DNA of 64,000 nt from NCBI GenBank assembly GCA_013287965.1, contig JABDCU010000001.1, forward strand, positions 5,910-69,909, written 5' to 3'. Position numbers and translations under genes: made by a program. This document shows, one piece after another, positions 26,742 to 37,064 of the stretch (positions are counted from its first letter, which is position 1; every line of letters starts with the position of its first letter). Under the pieces are notes generated by a model. That model was not told where the DNA came from. It saw only the letters and a list, made by a program, of their open reading frames with translations, and ran no database searches. The DNA comes from Candidatus Omnitrophota bacterium. Its GTDB lineage: Bacteria > Omnitrophota > Gorgyraeia > Zapsychrales > Fredricksoniimonadaceae.

Positions 26742-28751
26742 TCAATGTGAAGGTTTTGATTTACGCAGAAGGTTGTAGTAACCTGACAGCTTCCCCTTCA
26801 GTGAAATTTCATTGTCCCAATTGTTGATATGGATACGGTTTAATTCATAGGGATCGATATCAAAGCGGTCATAGCCCCGATTGGTCGTAAACGCGGCTTT
26901 ATACCCTGCCAACGCGATGATGGCCTTGATCTGCTCATTGAACCCTCCGGTAGGATAAGCAAAATAATAAACAGGCCGGCCTAAATTCTTTTCTATGATG
27001 CGTTTACTTCCTATGATCTCATCCTTCATCTGTTCTTGGGACATTTCCGGAAGATACGCGTGGTGACGGGTATGGCTCCCGAAAGAAATGCCGTACCGGC
27101 CCATTTCTTTGACCTGTTCCCAGTTCAAAAGGTTGGGTTTTTTCCCCACATAATCTGAGATCAAAAAAATAGTGGCCGGGAAATGGTACTTTTTTAGGAT
27201 AGGGAACGCATTCGTATAATTATCCATGTACCCGTCATCAAAAGTGATCACCACCGTATTATGAGGGAATTTTTTTCTTGCGTTGTTCCCTTCGATAAAA
27301 TCCTCAAGCGGGATCACATGGTACCCATTGTCCTCCAAAAAATCCATCTGTCTATCGAATAGTTTCGGACTGACCACGTTCAGTTGGGTCCTGACATCCG
27401 GGTGACGGAATAAAATATTGTCAGGGTTCGTATTAGCTGAAGAAACACTATGGTACATCAGGATCGGGACAACATATTCGTCCTGCGCCCAAACGAAAAA
27501 TCCAACAATGAAAATGAAAAAAATAAGGCAGATCGTCAATAAAAGGCGTTTGATATTTTTCCCCAGCTGATCGACACCAAATACCAGGGGCATGGCATGT
27601 TGCGTCCCTGCTTTGATCAATGGGGCCAACTGAAGCCATCCATACGCGGAAATAATAGCGATGTACGGCACTATAGGCACCCTATAACGTTCCCCCACCA
27701 GCCACATCTCGCTGATGATACTGCCGCTGACAAAATAAACGATGACAAGCAGTAAGAATTTATAATATTTATCTGCTTTTATCTTGATGGTCCCCCATAA
27801 AAATCCTGTCATCCAAAATATCATCAACGGATAACCCAGGACCTTACCGAAAACCGTAAAGGCATGACAATTAAAATTCTTAAAAGTCCCCGGCTTGGTC
27901 AATATGGACAACACACAACGCATGGTCACATTAATATAATAGGACACCGGCCCCATCTTCTGCGTAAAAGGGTCGGTATTCCTTAAATAACTTTTAAACA
28001 GCCCCACCTTGTAGGGGTCTTCCTGGAAGATACTGCTGAACGCAGGGTCCCCGAAAACCATGTAATTCCTTATTTGCCATATCCCCAGCAAAGCATACAC
28101 CACGGCCAAAAAAATAATGGAATGCAGGATGGACCTCTTAACATTATCGGCGGTATTTGTAAGTATAATAAAGAGGATGATGCCAAACCCGAGAAAATAA
28201 CTGCCCGGTCTTACATAGGTCGCCAAAACCAGCATCAAAGAAGACATGACAAGGGCGCTGACCTGCCCGTTTTTAAGGTACCGGATAAAATTAAACATAA
28301 ATAACGTCATTAAAAACAAAAATAACGTTTCTGTTAAGATCATCTGTGAATAAATGGAAACAATGATGGAATATAAAACTATCCCCGCGCTCAAAAAAGC
28401 CAGTTCAGGGTCTATCAAAACGGCTGTTTTATAAGTGATAAAGGCGGTGAGGACCGTTAAGAGCACTTGTATCAGGATGACGCCATTCAAAGGGACCCTC
28501 AAGAACCCATGCAAAATAGCAAGAAAAACGGGATACCCAGGGGTCCTGTTCAACTCGTGTTTTAGTGTTCCCGTCGCGTCGGTGGTGGCGAACACCCCTT
28601 TTGACGTGATCATCTCCGCCGTCTTCAGGTATTCAGATGAATCAGGCATGAATTTGCTTTGGGGTGCTTGCAGGAAGGCAAAAAGAAATAAAGCTATCTT
28701 TATTAAGATAGCGGCGCTGATAATTATCAAAAAATATTTTTTATTTCTCAT
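26742..28751 (-). CDS. ArnT/GT-C-like membrane glycosyltransferase fused to a polysaccharide deacetylase
   Basis: PDSSEY...RTPGYPVF...ILTETLF...ERYRVP, then PILMYH, ITFDDGY, GSHTRHH, FAYPTG. Confidence 0.85.
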   Translation of the reverse strand: MRNKKYFLIIISAAILIKIALFLFAFLQAPQSKFMPDSSEYLKTAEMITSKGVFATTDATGTLKHELNRTPGYPVFLAILHGFLRVPLNGVILIQVLLTVLTAFITYKTAVLIDPELAFLSAGIVLYSIIVSIYSQMILTETLFLFLMTLFMFNFIRYLKNGQVSALVMSSLMLVLATYVRPGSYFLGFGIILFIILTNTADNVKRSILHSIIFLAVVYALLGIWQIRNYMVFGDPAFSSIFQEDPYKVGLFKSYLRNTDPFTQKMGPVSYYINVTMRCVLSILTKPGTFKNFNCHAFTVFGKVLGYPLMIFWMTGFLWGTIKIKADKYYKFLLLVIVYFVSGSIISEMWLVGERYRVPIVPYIAIISAYGWLQLAPLIKAGTQHAMPLVFGVDQLGKNIKRLLLTICLIFFIFIVGFFVWAQDEYVVPILMYHSVSSANTNPDNILFRHPDVRTQLNVVSPKLFDRQMDFLEDNGYHVIPLEDFIEGNNARKKFPHNTVVITFDDGYMDNYTNAFPILKKYHFPATIFLISDYVGKKPNLLNWEQVKEMGRYGISFGSHTRHHAYLPEMSQEQMKDEIIGSKRIIEKNLGRPVYYFAYPTGGFNEQIKAIIALAGYKAAFTTNRGYDRFDIDPYELNRIHINNWDNEISLKGKLSGYYNLLRKSKPSH

Positions 28752-28795
28752 GGACTTTTAGCAGAATACTAACAGAAATTGAGAATATATTCAAA

Positions 28796-30976
28796 TTGCA
28801 ACTTGATACCCATTTTGATAGACTTAAAAAATTGGACAGCTACCTTCATCCTCATTTTACACGCTTAAAGAAATTTGACCTGCTTTTTTTGATCACCCTC
28901 CTTGCAGGCATGAACACCTACTATCTCCTGCTGCCCTATCCCGTGTCCCATGATTCTGCTGAGGCCTTTGAATCGTTCTATTTCTTTTATAATCACTTCT
29001 ATTTTAACCACAATATCGCCCAATGGATGCCCTATTATTCCTTTGGTGTCCCCTCCCAGTATTGGCAATTGTACGCTTTGACCCCTGTCAGCTGCTTTTT
29101 TATCCTTCTGGGCTGCCTGTGCAAGGCCAATAATGTCCTTTTTGTCTTTAAACTATCCATCATCGTGGAACAAATGATCTTTCTTTGCGGCCTCTACCTG
29201 CTGTCCAAAAAGCTCTTTACGCAGCGCGGCACTGTCCTGGCTGTCTGCCTGGGAGGCATTGCCAGCGCGTTTACCTATGAGAATCTCCCTTCGGACTTCC
29301 GGATACTTTACCTGCTGCCCTTGGCGGTCTACTTCCTGGTCCGGTTCATCCAGGAAAAACGTCCGGAATTCTTTTGGCTCTGCGGCATCACGGTCCTGGC
29401 ATGGGACATGGGCAATGCCTTATATTTCATTTTTTTATGGACACCCCTTTTGGTGTTCCTGGGCAGCTTCCTGATACTTAAACAAGGCCGGCTCGATGTT
29501 TTTAAATGCCTGACCGAGCGGTCGTTCAGGAATGCCGGCCTCATTTTACTTTTTTGCGTGGCAGGCCTCTGTTTCTTTTATCAATTAAAAACATTCGCTG
29601 ATTTCATTGATTTTCTCAGCCGGCCGGCCGAAGGGAAAAACAACCTTTTCCAATTCCTGACCTATGCGAATACCAAGGTCGCCCTGCAGGATTACTTTAA
29701 CCGTTTCGTCCTTGGCCTATATCCCGGATCTTATGTCGGCCTCCTGCCCCTGATGCTGTGTTTTTGGAATACGCAACGGTTAAAACATAACGCCTATTAC
29801 CAGGCATTTTTTCTCGCCACCATTGGTCTTCTGTGGTTTTCGTTCGCGGGGATAGGGGCATCATTGATGTATTTCTTCCCGGGCATGCCGTATTACCGCC
29901 ACCTCATCTATGTCTACGGCCCCTTGAAGGTCCTGGTCCTGATATGCGCCGGATTTAAACTGGAAATTTTCTGGAACGCGGACGTAAAGGAAAAAAACAC
30001 CCTGATCTTTGTCTCTCTTTTTATCTTTTTATTCCTGGCAGATGCTTTAGGCCTGTCTAAAGATTGGTTGACCGGCCTGCTGGCAGACAAACGTCTGTTG
30101 AGCGAATTACAAGCCCAAATGAATTTCCATTCTCCCTTGTTCAGGTTCGCGATATACCCGCTTGCCGCGGGGGCGATCTTTATCTCGACCCTGCCACGGT
30201 TCAAAGGACTTAACAATGTCCGTCTCATCAAAGCAATCCTGCTCGCTGCCCTGTGCCTGGACATCGCTTCTTTCCATTACCAGGTTTACAAAGAAGTGTT
30301 GCAAAGGTCCTTCCCGTTACCTAAAGAATTCGAGCATTCATTATGGACCCACCGGGAAGGATTTGAGCCGCAACGTTCTGAATCTCCCCAGGATGGCCGC
30401 GCCCTGGATGTTTTGCTGGCACTTAACAATGGCCATAAATACGCCACGATCTATAGTGTGGCGCAATTTTCACCATGCGTCTCGTCTTTCAGGCTGGACC
30501 TGCAGCCCATCGAGATATCCCGTCTGTTGTCCGCCGCAACAGCCGGCAGTCAAGGGGCTTTAAAAGAAGTGATGGGCTGTGACGCGCCCAAACTGCGTTT
30601 AGAAAACTCTCCGCCCATGTCCCTGGTCTCTCCTGTTGTCCGGCCTGACTTAAGCCCGGGGCAGGTCCAGGTCACCCATTTTAACAGTGATGAGTTAACG
30701 CTCCGGGTGGACGCCCCTGCAGCCGGCGCCTGGTTAGTCTACGCGGATTCCTATCACCCCGGCTGGCAGGCCATGGTCAATGGGAAAAAACAGCCCATCG
30801 TCAGGGTTTACGGCGCATTCAAGGCCCTGCGCCTTAACGGGCACAACGACGTTGAATTTTATTTTAACAGCCCTGTAAATACACTGTGCAGCTGGTTTTT
30901 GATGTTGTTTGGGACCATGTCCTGTATTTTCCTGATAGGCCTGTTAGTCAAGACATTATATGAAAGCCTTATTTAA
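28796..30976 (+). CDS. YfhO-like multi-pass membrane protein (start uncertain)
   Basis: Many TMs and C-terminal LVYADSYHPGWQAMVNG...GHNDVEFYF. Confidence 0.75.
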   Translation: MQLDTHFDRLKKLDSYLHPHFTRLKKFDLLFLITLLAGMNTYYLLLPYPVSHDSAEAFESFYFFYNHFYFNHNIAQWMPYYSFGVPSQYWQLYALTPVSCFFILLGCLCKANNVLFVFKLSIIVEQMIFLCGLYLLSKKLFTQRGTVLAVCLGGIASAFTYENLPSDFRILYLLPLAVYFLVRFIQEKRPEFFWLCGITVLAWDMGNALYFIFLWTPLLVFLGSFLILKQGRLDVFKCLTERSFRNAGLILLFCVAGLCFFYQLKTFADFIDFLSRPAEGKNNLFQFLTYANTKVALQDYFNRFVLGLYPGSYVGLLPLMLCFWNTQRLKHNAYYQAFFLATIGLLWFSFAGIGASLMYFFPGMPYYRHLIYVYGPLKVLVLICAGFKLEIFWNADVKEKNTLIFVSLFIFLFLADALGLSKDWLTGLLADKRLLSELQAQMNFHSPLFRFAIYPLAAGAIFISTLPRFKGLNNVRLIKAILLAALCLDIASFHYQVYKEVLQRSFPLPKEFEHSLWTHREGFEPQRSESPQDGRALDVLLALNNGHKYATIYSVAQFSPCVSSFRLDLQPIEISRLLSAATAGSQGALKEVMGCDAPKLRLENSPPMSLVSPVVRPDLSPGQVQVTHFNSDELTLRVDAPAAGAWLVYADSYHPGWQAMVNGKKQPIVRVYGAFKALRLNGHNDVEFYFNSPVNTLCSWFLMLFGTMSCIFLIGLLVKTLYESLI

Positions 30977-31595
30977 CAGATCTTCAATGGCCGTGCTGAC
31001 AGGGATCGCAGGGGTGACTGTCCTATGCGCCATTGTCATCAGGTCCGGTGAGCAGCCCGCCGGCCTGGAACAAAAAAACTATGCCGCGCGTTTTGGCATA
31101 AAATCCCTTAATGTGTTCATGCCCGAAAGCTACGCGCAACTTGCTAATGCCCTCGATGAAAACAGGGCCATCCCTCAAAACTACGGGACTTATTTTAAGG
31201 TGGCGGCTAAATTCATGCCGGATGATTTTGCAAGCCATTACATGCTGGCCCTCTATTACCAAAGCCGCGGCGAATGGGCCGAGGCCCAGGAAGCCTATAA
31301 AAAAAGCCTTGATCTAAATCCCGTCTTTTTCTGGTCTTACTATAATTTAGGGCTGATGCTTTGGGAGAATGACCGCAGGGACATGGCTTTAAGGATATGG
31401 TCGCAGGCGTTGAAGATCCCCCCCGAGGTGACTTTGCAAACATTGGTCTCAACAAAAGTGTTGGGTGATTGCGCGGCGGACCTGGCGTTGCGCGGGCATG
31501 ATATCAACCAGTCCGTCGTCAAGGGATACAGCCAATTGCAGCAGTGGGTCAAAGATAGGCAGGTGCCTCAAAACCCCCCGCTGGTAATGCTTTAA
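30960..31595 (+). CDS. TPR protein
   Basis: AQEAYKKSLDLNP...SYYNLG. Confidence 0.75.
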   Translation: MKALFNRSSMAVLTGIAGVTVLCAIVIRSGEQPAGLEQKNYAARFGIKSLNVFMPESYAQLANALDENRAIPQNYGTYFKVAAKFMPDDFASHYMLALYYQSRGEWAEAQEAYKKSLDLNPVFFWSYYNLGLMLWENDRRDMALRIWSQALKIPPEVTLQTLVSTKVLGDCAADLALRGHDINQSVVKGYSQLQQWVKDRQVPQNPPLVML

Positions 31596-32992
31596 AACTG
31601 AAAATAAATGAACGGCGTTCCGCCCCTACTTCCTAACACATAGATCAACGCAAACATTCCCATATAAACCGCATACCTGAAGATCGGCTGCCAACGGCAA
31701 AAACAATTGGGCCCTGCATCATATTCCTCGACAATATCCAGGCATACGACCGGGATAACCAGGAATAAAAATACGGCCAGTTGGTGGGTCATATCCAAAT
31801 CCCATTTAAACGACGAGAATATCTGTGAAAAGAAATGGATGAATTGCCCGATGGATTTGCTGCGAAAAATAAACCACCCAAGGCAAGTCAGGTGAAAATA
31901 AAGAATAACGCGGATGATCTTGGGCATCCCTAACTTAAAATTTCCGGTAAATTTCGAAAAAACGCGATGAATGACCAGCATCGATCCATGGAACACGCCC
32001 CAGATCACATAGGTCCAATTAGCGCCATGCCACAAGCCTCCTAAAAACATCGTCACCATCAGATTGGCGTAAGTTCTTTTTTCCCCATGACGATTACCGC
32101 CTAAAGAAATGTATAAATAATCCCGCAGCCAGGTTGAGAGGCTGATGTGCCATCGCTGCCAGAAATCACGGGGATTAACGGCAAAATAAGGGGCCCTGAA
32201 ATTCACCATCAGATCAAAACCCATTAAACGGCTGATCCCCCGCGCGATATTGCTATAGCCGGCAAAATCCCCATAGATCTGAAAAGCAAAAGCATAGACC
32301 GCCATGAGCACCTGGGCACCTTGTGGATCAGCTGCGGAAAAAACCGGATCAACCATTTTTGTCAAATTATCCGCTACAAAAACTTTTAAGAAATAGCCTT
32401 TTAAGATCAACCAAAGCCCGGATTTAATGTTGTCCCACGCCAATACCCTCTTTGTTTGCACCTGTACCAACAGGTGCTTGGCCCGTTCAATGGGACCTGC
32501 CACCAATTGAGGGAAAAAGCTCACAAAAAGAGAAAAATCAAGGAAGCGCTGGCAGGCTTTAATTTCCCCCCGGTAAACACTGAGGGCATAGCCAAGTGTT
32601 TGAAAAGTATAAAATGATATCCCTACAGGCACGATGATGCCTAATGTATGCAGGGATGTTTTAAATCCAAAAAAAGACAAAAGATCAGCCGTGCTATTGA
32701 TAAAAAAGTCATAATATTTAAAGAACCCCAAAAGGCCAAGGTTCACGGCAATGCTCACCATGATAAGCGCCCTGCGGGCCCTGCTATCCGTTGTTCTGTT
32801 TAAGCCCATCCCCACTGAATAATCCACCACCGTTGAGATCCATAACAGGAGAAGAAAACGGTAATCCCAAAACCCATAGAACACCCAGCTGGCTATCAAC
32901 AAAAGGACATTTTGCTGACGGTGTTCCAGCTTCAGGTATAAAAGATACACCATGAAAAAAAAGACACCGAATGTCCACGAGTTGAATATCAT
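31592..32992 (-). CDS. MBOAT family O-acyltransferase (AlgI/DltB/PatA-like)
   Basis: PVGISFYTFQ, FFPQLVAGPIER, FWQRWHISLSTWLRDYLY, GLWHGA. Confidence 0.95.
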   Translation of the reverse strand: MIFNSWTFGVFFFMVYLLYLKLEHRQQNVLLLIASWVFYGFWDYRFLLLLWISTVVDYSVGMGLNRTTDSRARRALIMVSIAVNLGLLGFFKYYDFFINSTADLLSFFGFKTSLHTLGIIVPVGISFYTFQTLGYALSVYRGEIKACQRFLDFSLFVSFFPQLVAGPIERAKHLLVQVQTKRVLAWDNIKSGLWLILKGYFLKVFVADNLTKMVDPVFSAADPQGAQVLMAVYAFAFQIYGDFAGYSNIARGISRLMGFDLMVNFRAPYFAVNPRDFWQRWHISLSTWLRDYLYISLGGNRHGEKRTYANLMVTMFLGGLWHGANWTYVIWGVFHGSMLVIHRVFSKFTGNFKLGMPKIIRVILYFHLTCLGWFIFRSKSIGQFIHFFSQIFSSFKWDLDMTHQLAVFLFLVIPVVCLDIVEEYDAGPNCFCRWQPIFRYAVYMGMFALIYVLGSRGGTPFIYFQF

Positions 32993-34017
32993 GGCCCTTG
33001 TTCTTTCTTCCGGTCCTTATCTTCAAAGAAGGCCAATGCTTTGCTGATAAGAAGATAGTGCCGGACCGCGTACCGGGGCTCTTCTTGTTGATTGGGATGA
33101 ATGGTATCCACAAAGGTCTCTTTGTTCCAATAAGAAGTCAGGTCGGCAAAAAGCGCATTATTCCTGCTTTGAATGATATCCTTAATAGTCTCGTATTCCA
33201 CTCCAAAATCCCCGCTCTGACGCGCTTCCTGCCAAATAAATAAGACCGGGACCCTGTGTTCCTGAAAAATATCCAGCACTTCACGCAGCACAATGAATTT
33301 TTCCTCTCCTGTCGACTTTTCCAATTGAGTCATTTGAATGGCCTTGATATTCCCCCTCATTTTAGAGTTAACATCATTAGGATAGGACAACCATTTTAAA
33401 AACCATTCTGGCAGCAAATGATATAGTCTGAAATTGTACCGGATGAGAGGATCAATGCGTTTTAATGGGATGGGGGTCGAAAGCGCGCATTCTACGGCAG
33501 TGTTATAATTAAAATACCGAAAATAAAAAGAGGCAGGCATGTTCTTTAATACTTCCGGATCAAAAACAATTTGATCGGAATCAGTTTTAAACCTTGGGTC
33601 AAAAGAAAATGTTCCTTCGTTCATGCAGATCACGACCATGTCGGGATGCCAGTTAACGATCTTTGCAGCCTGTGCCAAATAATCGTAAATGGTTGATGCG
33701 ATCTGGGCCATATTCATAAAGGCTACGGGAGCATTAAGCTCGTCTGCAATGCCTTGCATGTATTTAGGAATGTCGTTGTATTGATAAACGGAATTCCCAA
33801 GCAATATGACTAATTTCTTGTTTCCCAACTGCTCTCTGGAAGGAATTTGGGCGAGCTGAAATCCGTAGGAACCAAACTTGATGCCCGGGTACGTCAGAAG
33901 GCTGTAGTTAAAACCATTTTCAACGATGAAACCGCTGGAAATGGTCATAAAAGCGATCGTAAGCGCAGTCCAGAAGATCCTATTTCTTAACCGCTTCTCA
34001 CGATTATCTTCTATCAT
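32989..34017 (-). CDS. SGNH-like periplasmic acyltransferase partner (AlgJ/DltD-like)
   Basis: N-terminal TM, LLGNS and FVDTIH; overlaps the MBOAT start. Confidence 0.6.
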   Translation of the reverse strand: MIEDNREKRLRNRIFWTALTIAFMTISSGFIVENGFNYSLLTYPGIKFGSYGFQLAQIPSREQLGNKKLVILLGNSVYQYNDIPKYMQGIADELNAPVAFMNMAQIASTIYDYLAQAAKIVNWHPDMVVICMNEGTFSFDPRFKTDSDQIVFDPEVLKNMPASFYFRYFNYNTAVECALSTPIPLKRIDPLIRYNFRLYHLLPEWFLKWLSYPNDVNSKMRGNIKAIQMTQLEKSTGEEKFIVLREVLDIFQEHRVPVLFIWQEARQSGDFGVEYETIKDIIQSRNNALFADLTSYWNKETFVDTIHPNQQEEPRYAVRHYLLISKALAFFEDKDRKKEQGP

Positions 34018-34125
34018 AATCTTAACATCAGTAGCCCCAACCGGAAAAGGCTTCAGTGATCGCTCTCTGGGTCGACAGCCCTGTCGAATCTGTCTCGCCA
34101 GAGAGGTTCAAATCGGAAGGAAACA

Positions 34126-34166
34126 TATTTTTAATAGATGGGCTTTCAGCCCATCTATTAAAAATA
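34126..34166 (-). terminator. Long hairpin directly 3' of tRNA-Glu
   Basis: TATTTTTAATAGATGGGCT-ttc-AGCCCATCTATTAAAAATA. Confidence 0.6.
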
Positions 34167-34238
34167 GCCCCAACCGGATTTGAACCGGTGTTTTCTGCCT
34201 GAGAAGCAGACGTCCTGACCAGGCTAGACGATGGGGCC
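34165..34238 (-). tRNA. tRNA-Glu(CTC), CCA not encoded
   Basis: Acceptor GGCCCCA/TGGGGCT, anticodon arm TCTGC-TTCTCAG-GCAGA, T-arm GGTTCAAATCC. Confidence 0.95.
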
Positions 34239-34257
34239 AAATCAATATTGAATGGTA

Positions 34258-34323
34258 AGGATATCTCAAAGCTCCTTAATCGTCAACAAATATCGTTGAC
34301 TCCTGGCGTCCTGAATTTATAAT
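34258..34323. promoter_or_regulatory. Back-to-back promoters for tRNA-Glu (-) and the FIST operon (+)
   Basis: Minus strand: TTGACG-N17-TATCCT. Plus strand: TTGACT(34296)-N16-TATAAT(34318)-N6-ATG. Confidence 0.65.
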
Positions 34324-34329
34324 CGAATT

Positions 34330-35517
34330 ATGCCCACCAGTATCAGCATTGGATTCAGCCAGGACCCCGATCCCCCAAACGCTATTTTACAGGCTTGCGT
34401 GCAGGTCAAAAACCAGCTCAAGGCCGCTGATACTGACCTGGTCATTCTCTTTGCCTCGCCCCAGTATGTCGTCCCTGAAGTCCAGGATGTCATCACCCGC
34501 ACCCTTAAACCAAAACACTTAGTCGGCTCTTCCACCGGCGGCATCATCCTGTCCAACGGGGTGGCCAACCGCGGCATCGCCATCGTAGGCATTAATTCCG
34601 ACGATATGAACTTCGGGGTTTCCGCGATAAAGGACATTGACAACCAGGACATGCATTACACCGGATTTGACCTGGCCCGCAAAGCGGCCCAGGACTTAAA
34701 CTCCTCTCACCGGGAAGCCTTCATCACTTTTTCGCAAGGCCTTGAAAAAAACTCTTCCCCCTTTATCCGCGGCGTCAGGGAAGTATTGGGCGGGGGTTTT
34801 CCCGTGCTCGGGGCCATTTCCAGCGACGATTTTAAATATAAACGGCTCTCTCAATTTTATCAGGACCAAATATTGCATCATTCCGTCGTCGGCCTGCTGC
34901 TGGGCGGGGCATTCCATCTGGCCTTAGGCTGCAGGCACAGCTTTAAACCGTTGGGTAAACCTAGGACCATCACCAGGGTCGAGGGTCATATCATCCGCAC
35001 CATTGATGATAGGCCGGCCGTTGAAATTTATAAGCATTTCTTAGGGACCGAAGCTGAAGGGTTAAAAAATACTGCTTTAAACTCATACGCGGCGATGTAC
35101 CCCTTGGGCTCCTATCTGGAAGAGTCCCGCCAATATTTGCTGCGTAACATCATTGACATCCTGGATGACGGTAGTATCGTATGTCATGAGGGGATCCTTC
35201 AGGGCGCTGAAGTGCATCTGATGATCAGCAATAAAGAGTCTTGCCGCAACTCTGCCGTTGAAGCGGCGGAATCAGTCAAGGCGTCCCTGGCTGACAGGCC
35301 GGCCAAGCTGATACTTATATTTGAATCATTGGCCCGGCACAAGATCCTGGGGCGCAGCGCTTTTAATGAGATCCAGGCCATCAAGAATGTCTTAGGGAAC
35401 AGCACGCCGATCGCAGGCATGTGCTCCTACGGTGAAATAGGGCCCTTTGGCACACTGGACAATATAAAGAACATTTATTTGCATAACGAAAGCATCCTTA
35501 TCATGGCCATTGCATAA
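34330..35517 (+). CDS. FIST signal-transduction domain protein
   Basis: LVGSSTGG, IDDRPAVEIY, GMCSYGEIGP. Confidence 0.9.
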   Translation: MPTSISIGFSQDPDPPNAILQACVQVKNQLKAADTDLVILFASPQYVVPEVQDVITRTLKPKHLVGSSTGGIILSNGVANRGIAIVGINSDDMNFGVSAIKDIDNQDMHYTGFDLARKAAQDLNSSHREAFITFSQGLEKNSSPFIRGVREVLGGGFPVLGAISSDDFKYKRLSQFYQDQILHHSVVGLLLGGAFHLALGCRHSFKPLGKPRTITRVEGHIIRTIDDRPAVEIYKHFLGTEAEGLKNTALNSYAAMYPLGSYLEESRQYLLRNIIDILDDGSIVCHEGILQGAEVHLMISNKESCRNSAVEAAESVKASLADRPAKLILIFESLARHKILGRSAFNEIQAIKNVLGNSTPIAGMCSYGEIGPFGTLDNIKNIYLHNESILIMAIA

Positions 35518-35519
35518 AT

Positions 35520-37064
35520 ATGGACCCGACAACCCTTGAAACCATATGGACGCTCGGCATCATCATTTTTATCCTGCTGTGCGCGACGACATATCTTTTT
35601 TATGCTTCTGCCACTAAAGAGGAAACCATCAAGAAAAAGGACGAAGAGCACAATAAACTCATGCGCTCTTTTAATGACCTGGATGAACAAGCCAAAATGA
35701 TCATCCGCACTGACCTGGAGCTCCATAAGGTCCGCGAAGAAACGGACCAGCGCCTCAACGGCTTAAACGCCCTTCAAAGAACGTCGCGGCAAATGAGCCA
35801 GGCGCTTAACGCGAATGAGATCTTCCAGCGGATCTCCCCCGCGCTTTTTGAAGACCTGGCCTTCGCCCGCGTCTTGATCGCCTGCGCGGATGATAAGAAC
35901 ACGTTAAAGGTCCGCCTTAACATAGGTTACACGGATGCCCGTGCCGAGGCCATCTTAAAAGAGATCGCCGCTGAAGAACAGCTCAAGAGCGCCCTGAAAG
36001 AGACCCACTCTGTTTCTTCCATCAATGGGTCCAACAAAACCAAAGAAAAAATGATCCATGCCTTTGAAGCGGAACATTTTATCTTCGCGCCCATCCTGAC
36101 CCAAACCGGAAGCATTGGTTTTGTTTTCGCGGGGAACCGTTACAATGCCCCCGCGGTGACACAAGGTGACGAAGAATTGATCACCATCCTGGCCGGGCAA
36201 ATAGGCCAGTCCATCGAAAACGCGGAACTGTTTGAAAAAGTGTTCCGCTCCAGCCAGGAGTTGGAATTAAAAGTCGCGGACCGTACCAAACAGCTGGCCA
36301 ACGCCTTACAAAAAGTCAACGACATCAGTAATAAAAAATCAGAATTTGTCTCCGCTGTTTCGCATGAGCTGCGCACCCCCTTGACGTCCATCAAAGGTTA
36401 TGCCGCCATCCTGATCGCCGGGAAGATCGGTGAAGTGCCTCCCGCGGTCAAGGAACGCTTGAGCAAGATCAACTCCCACTCCGACCATTTGGTCAGCCTG
36501 ATCAACGATCTCCTGGACCTCGCCCGCATTGAGTCCGGACGGCAGGAGATGAAATTGGCCGCTTACAAAATTAAAAATATCCTCGATAACGTCACGGACC
36601 TGCTGGCCCCCCAGATAGCTGCCAAGGGGGTTAAATTACACTTGCAACTGCCCCCGGAGGTAGAAGAGATCTATGCAGATACCTCCCATGTCGAACGTGT
36701 TCTTATCAATCTATTAAGCAACGCTGTAAAATTCACGCCCGCCAACGGCACCATCACCGTGGCGGTTGCACCGGCACTTGATGGCGGCTATGCCGTCTTT
36801 AGCGTGTCTGACACCGGCATCGGCATCCCCGCCTCAGAGGTAGAAAAACTTTTCAGTGAATTCTTTCGGGGCGAAAATGAGATCAACCAAAATGTCAAAG
36901 GGACAGGCCTGGGGCTGGTCCTGGCTAAAAATATTGTTGAGGCGCACCGTGGTAAAATGTGGGTCCAAAGCAAGGCCGGGGCCGGGACCACCTTTTATTT
37001 TACATTGCCCTCGTCCATGAAAGCTTACGAAGAACACCTGACCCTTGAGAAAACTGATGCGTAA
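35520..37064 (+). CDS. GAF-domain sensor histidine kinase
   Basis: SHELRTPL, NLLSNAVKF, DTGIGI, GTGLGL. Confidence 0.95.
   Translation: MDPTTLETIWTLGIIIFILLCATTYLFYASATKEETIKKKDEEHNKLMRSFNDLDEQAKMIIRTDLELHKVREETDQRLNGLNALQRTSRQMSQALNANEIFQRISPALFEDLAFARVLIACADDKNTLKVRLNIGYTDARAEAILKEIAAEEQLKSALKETHSVSSINGSNKTKEKMIHAFEAEHFIFAPILTQTGSIGFVFAGNRYNAPAVTQGDEELITILAGQIGQSIENAELFEKVFRSSQELELKVADRTKQLANALQKVNDISNKKSEFVSAVSHELRTPLTSIKGYAAILIAGKIGEVPPAVKERLSKINSHSDHLVSLINDLLDLARIESGRQEMKLAAYKIKNILDNVTDLLAPQIAAKGVKLHLQLPPEVEEIYADTSHVERVLINLLSNAVKFTPANGTITVAVAPALDGGYAVFSVSDTGIGIPASEVEKLFSEFFRGENEINQNVKGTGLGLVLAKNIVEAHRGKMWVQSKAGAGTTFYFTLPSSMKAYEEHLTLEKTDA

Noticed and set aside
34028-34240. 70-aa ORF
   Set aside because: Overlaps tRNA-Glu and its trailer; spurious.
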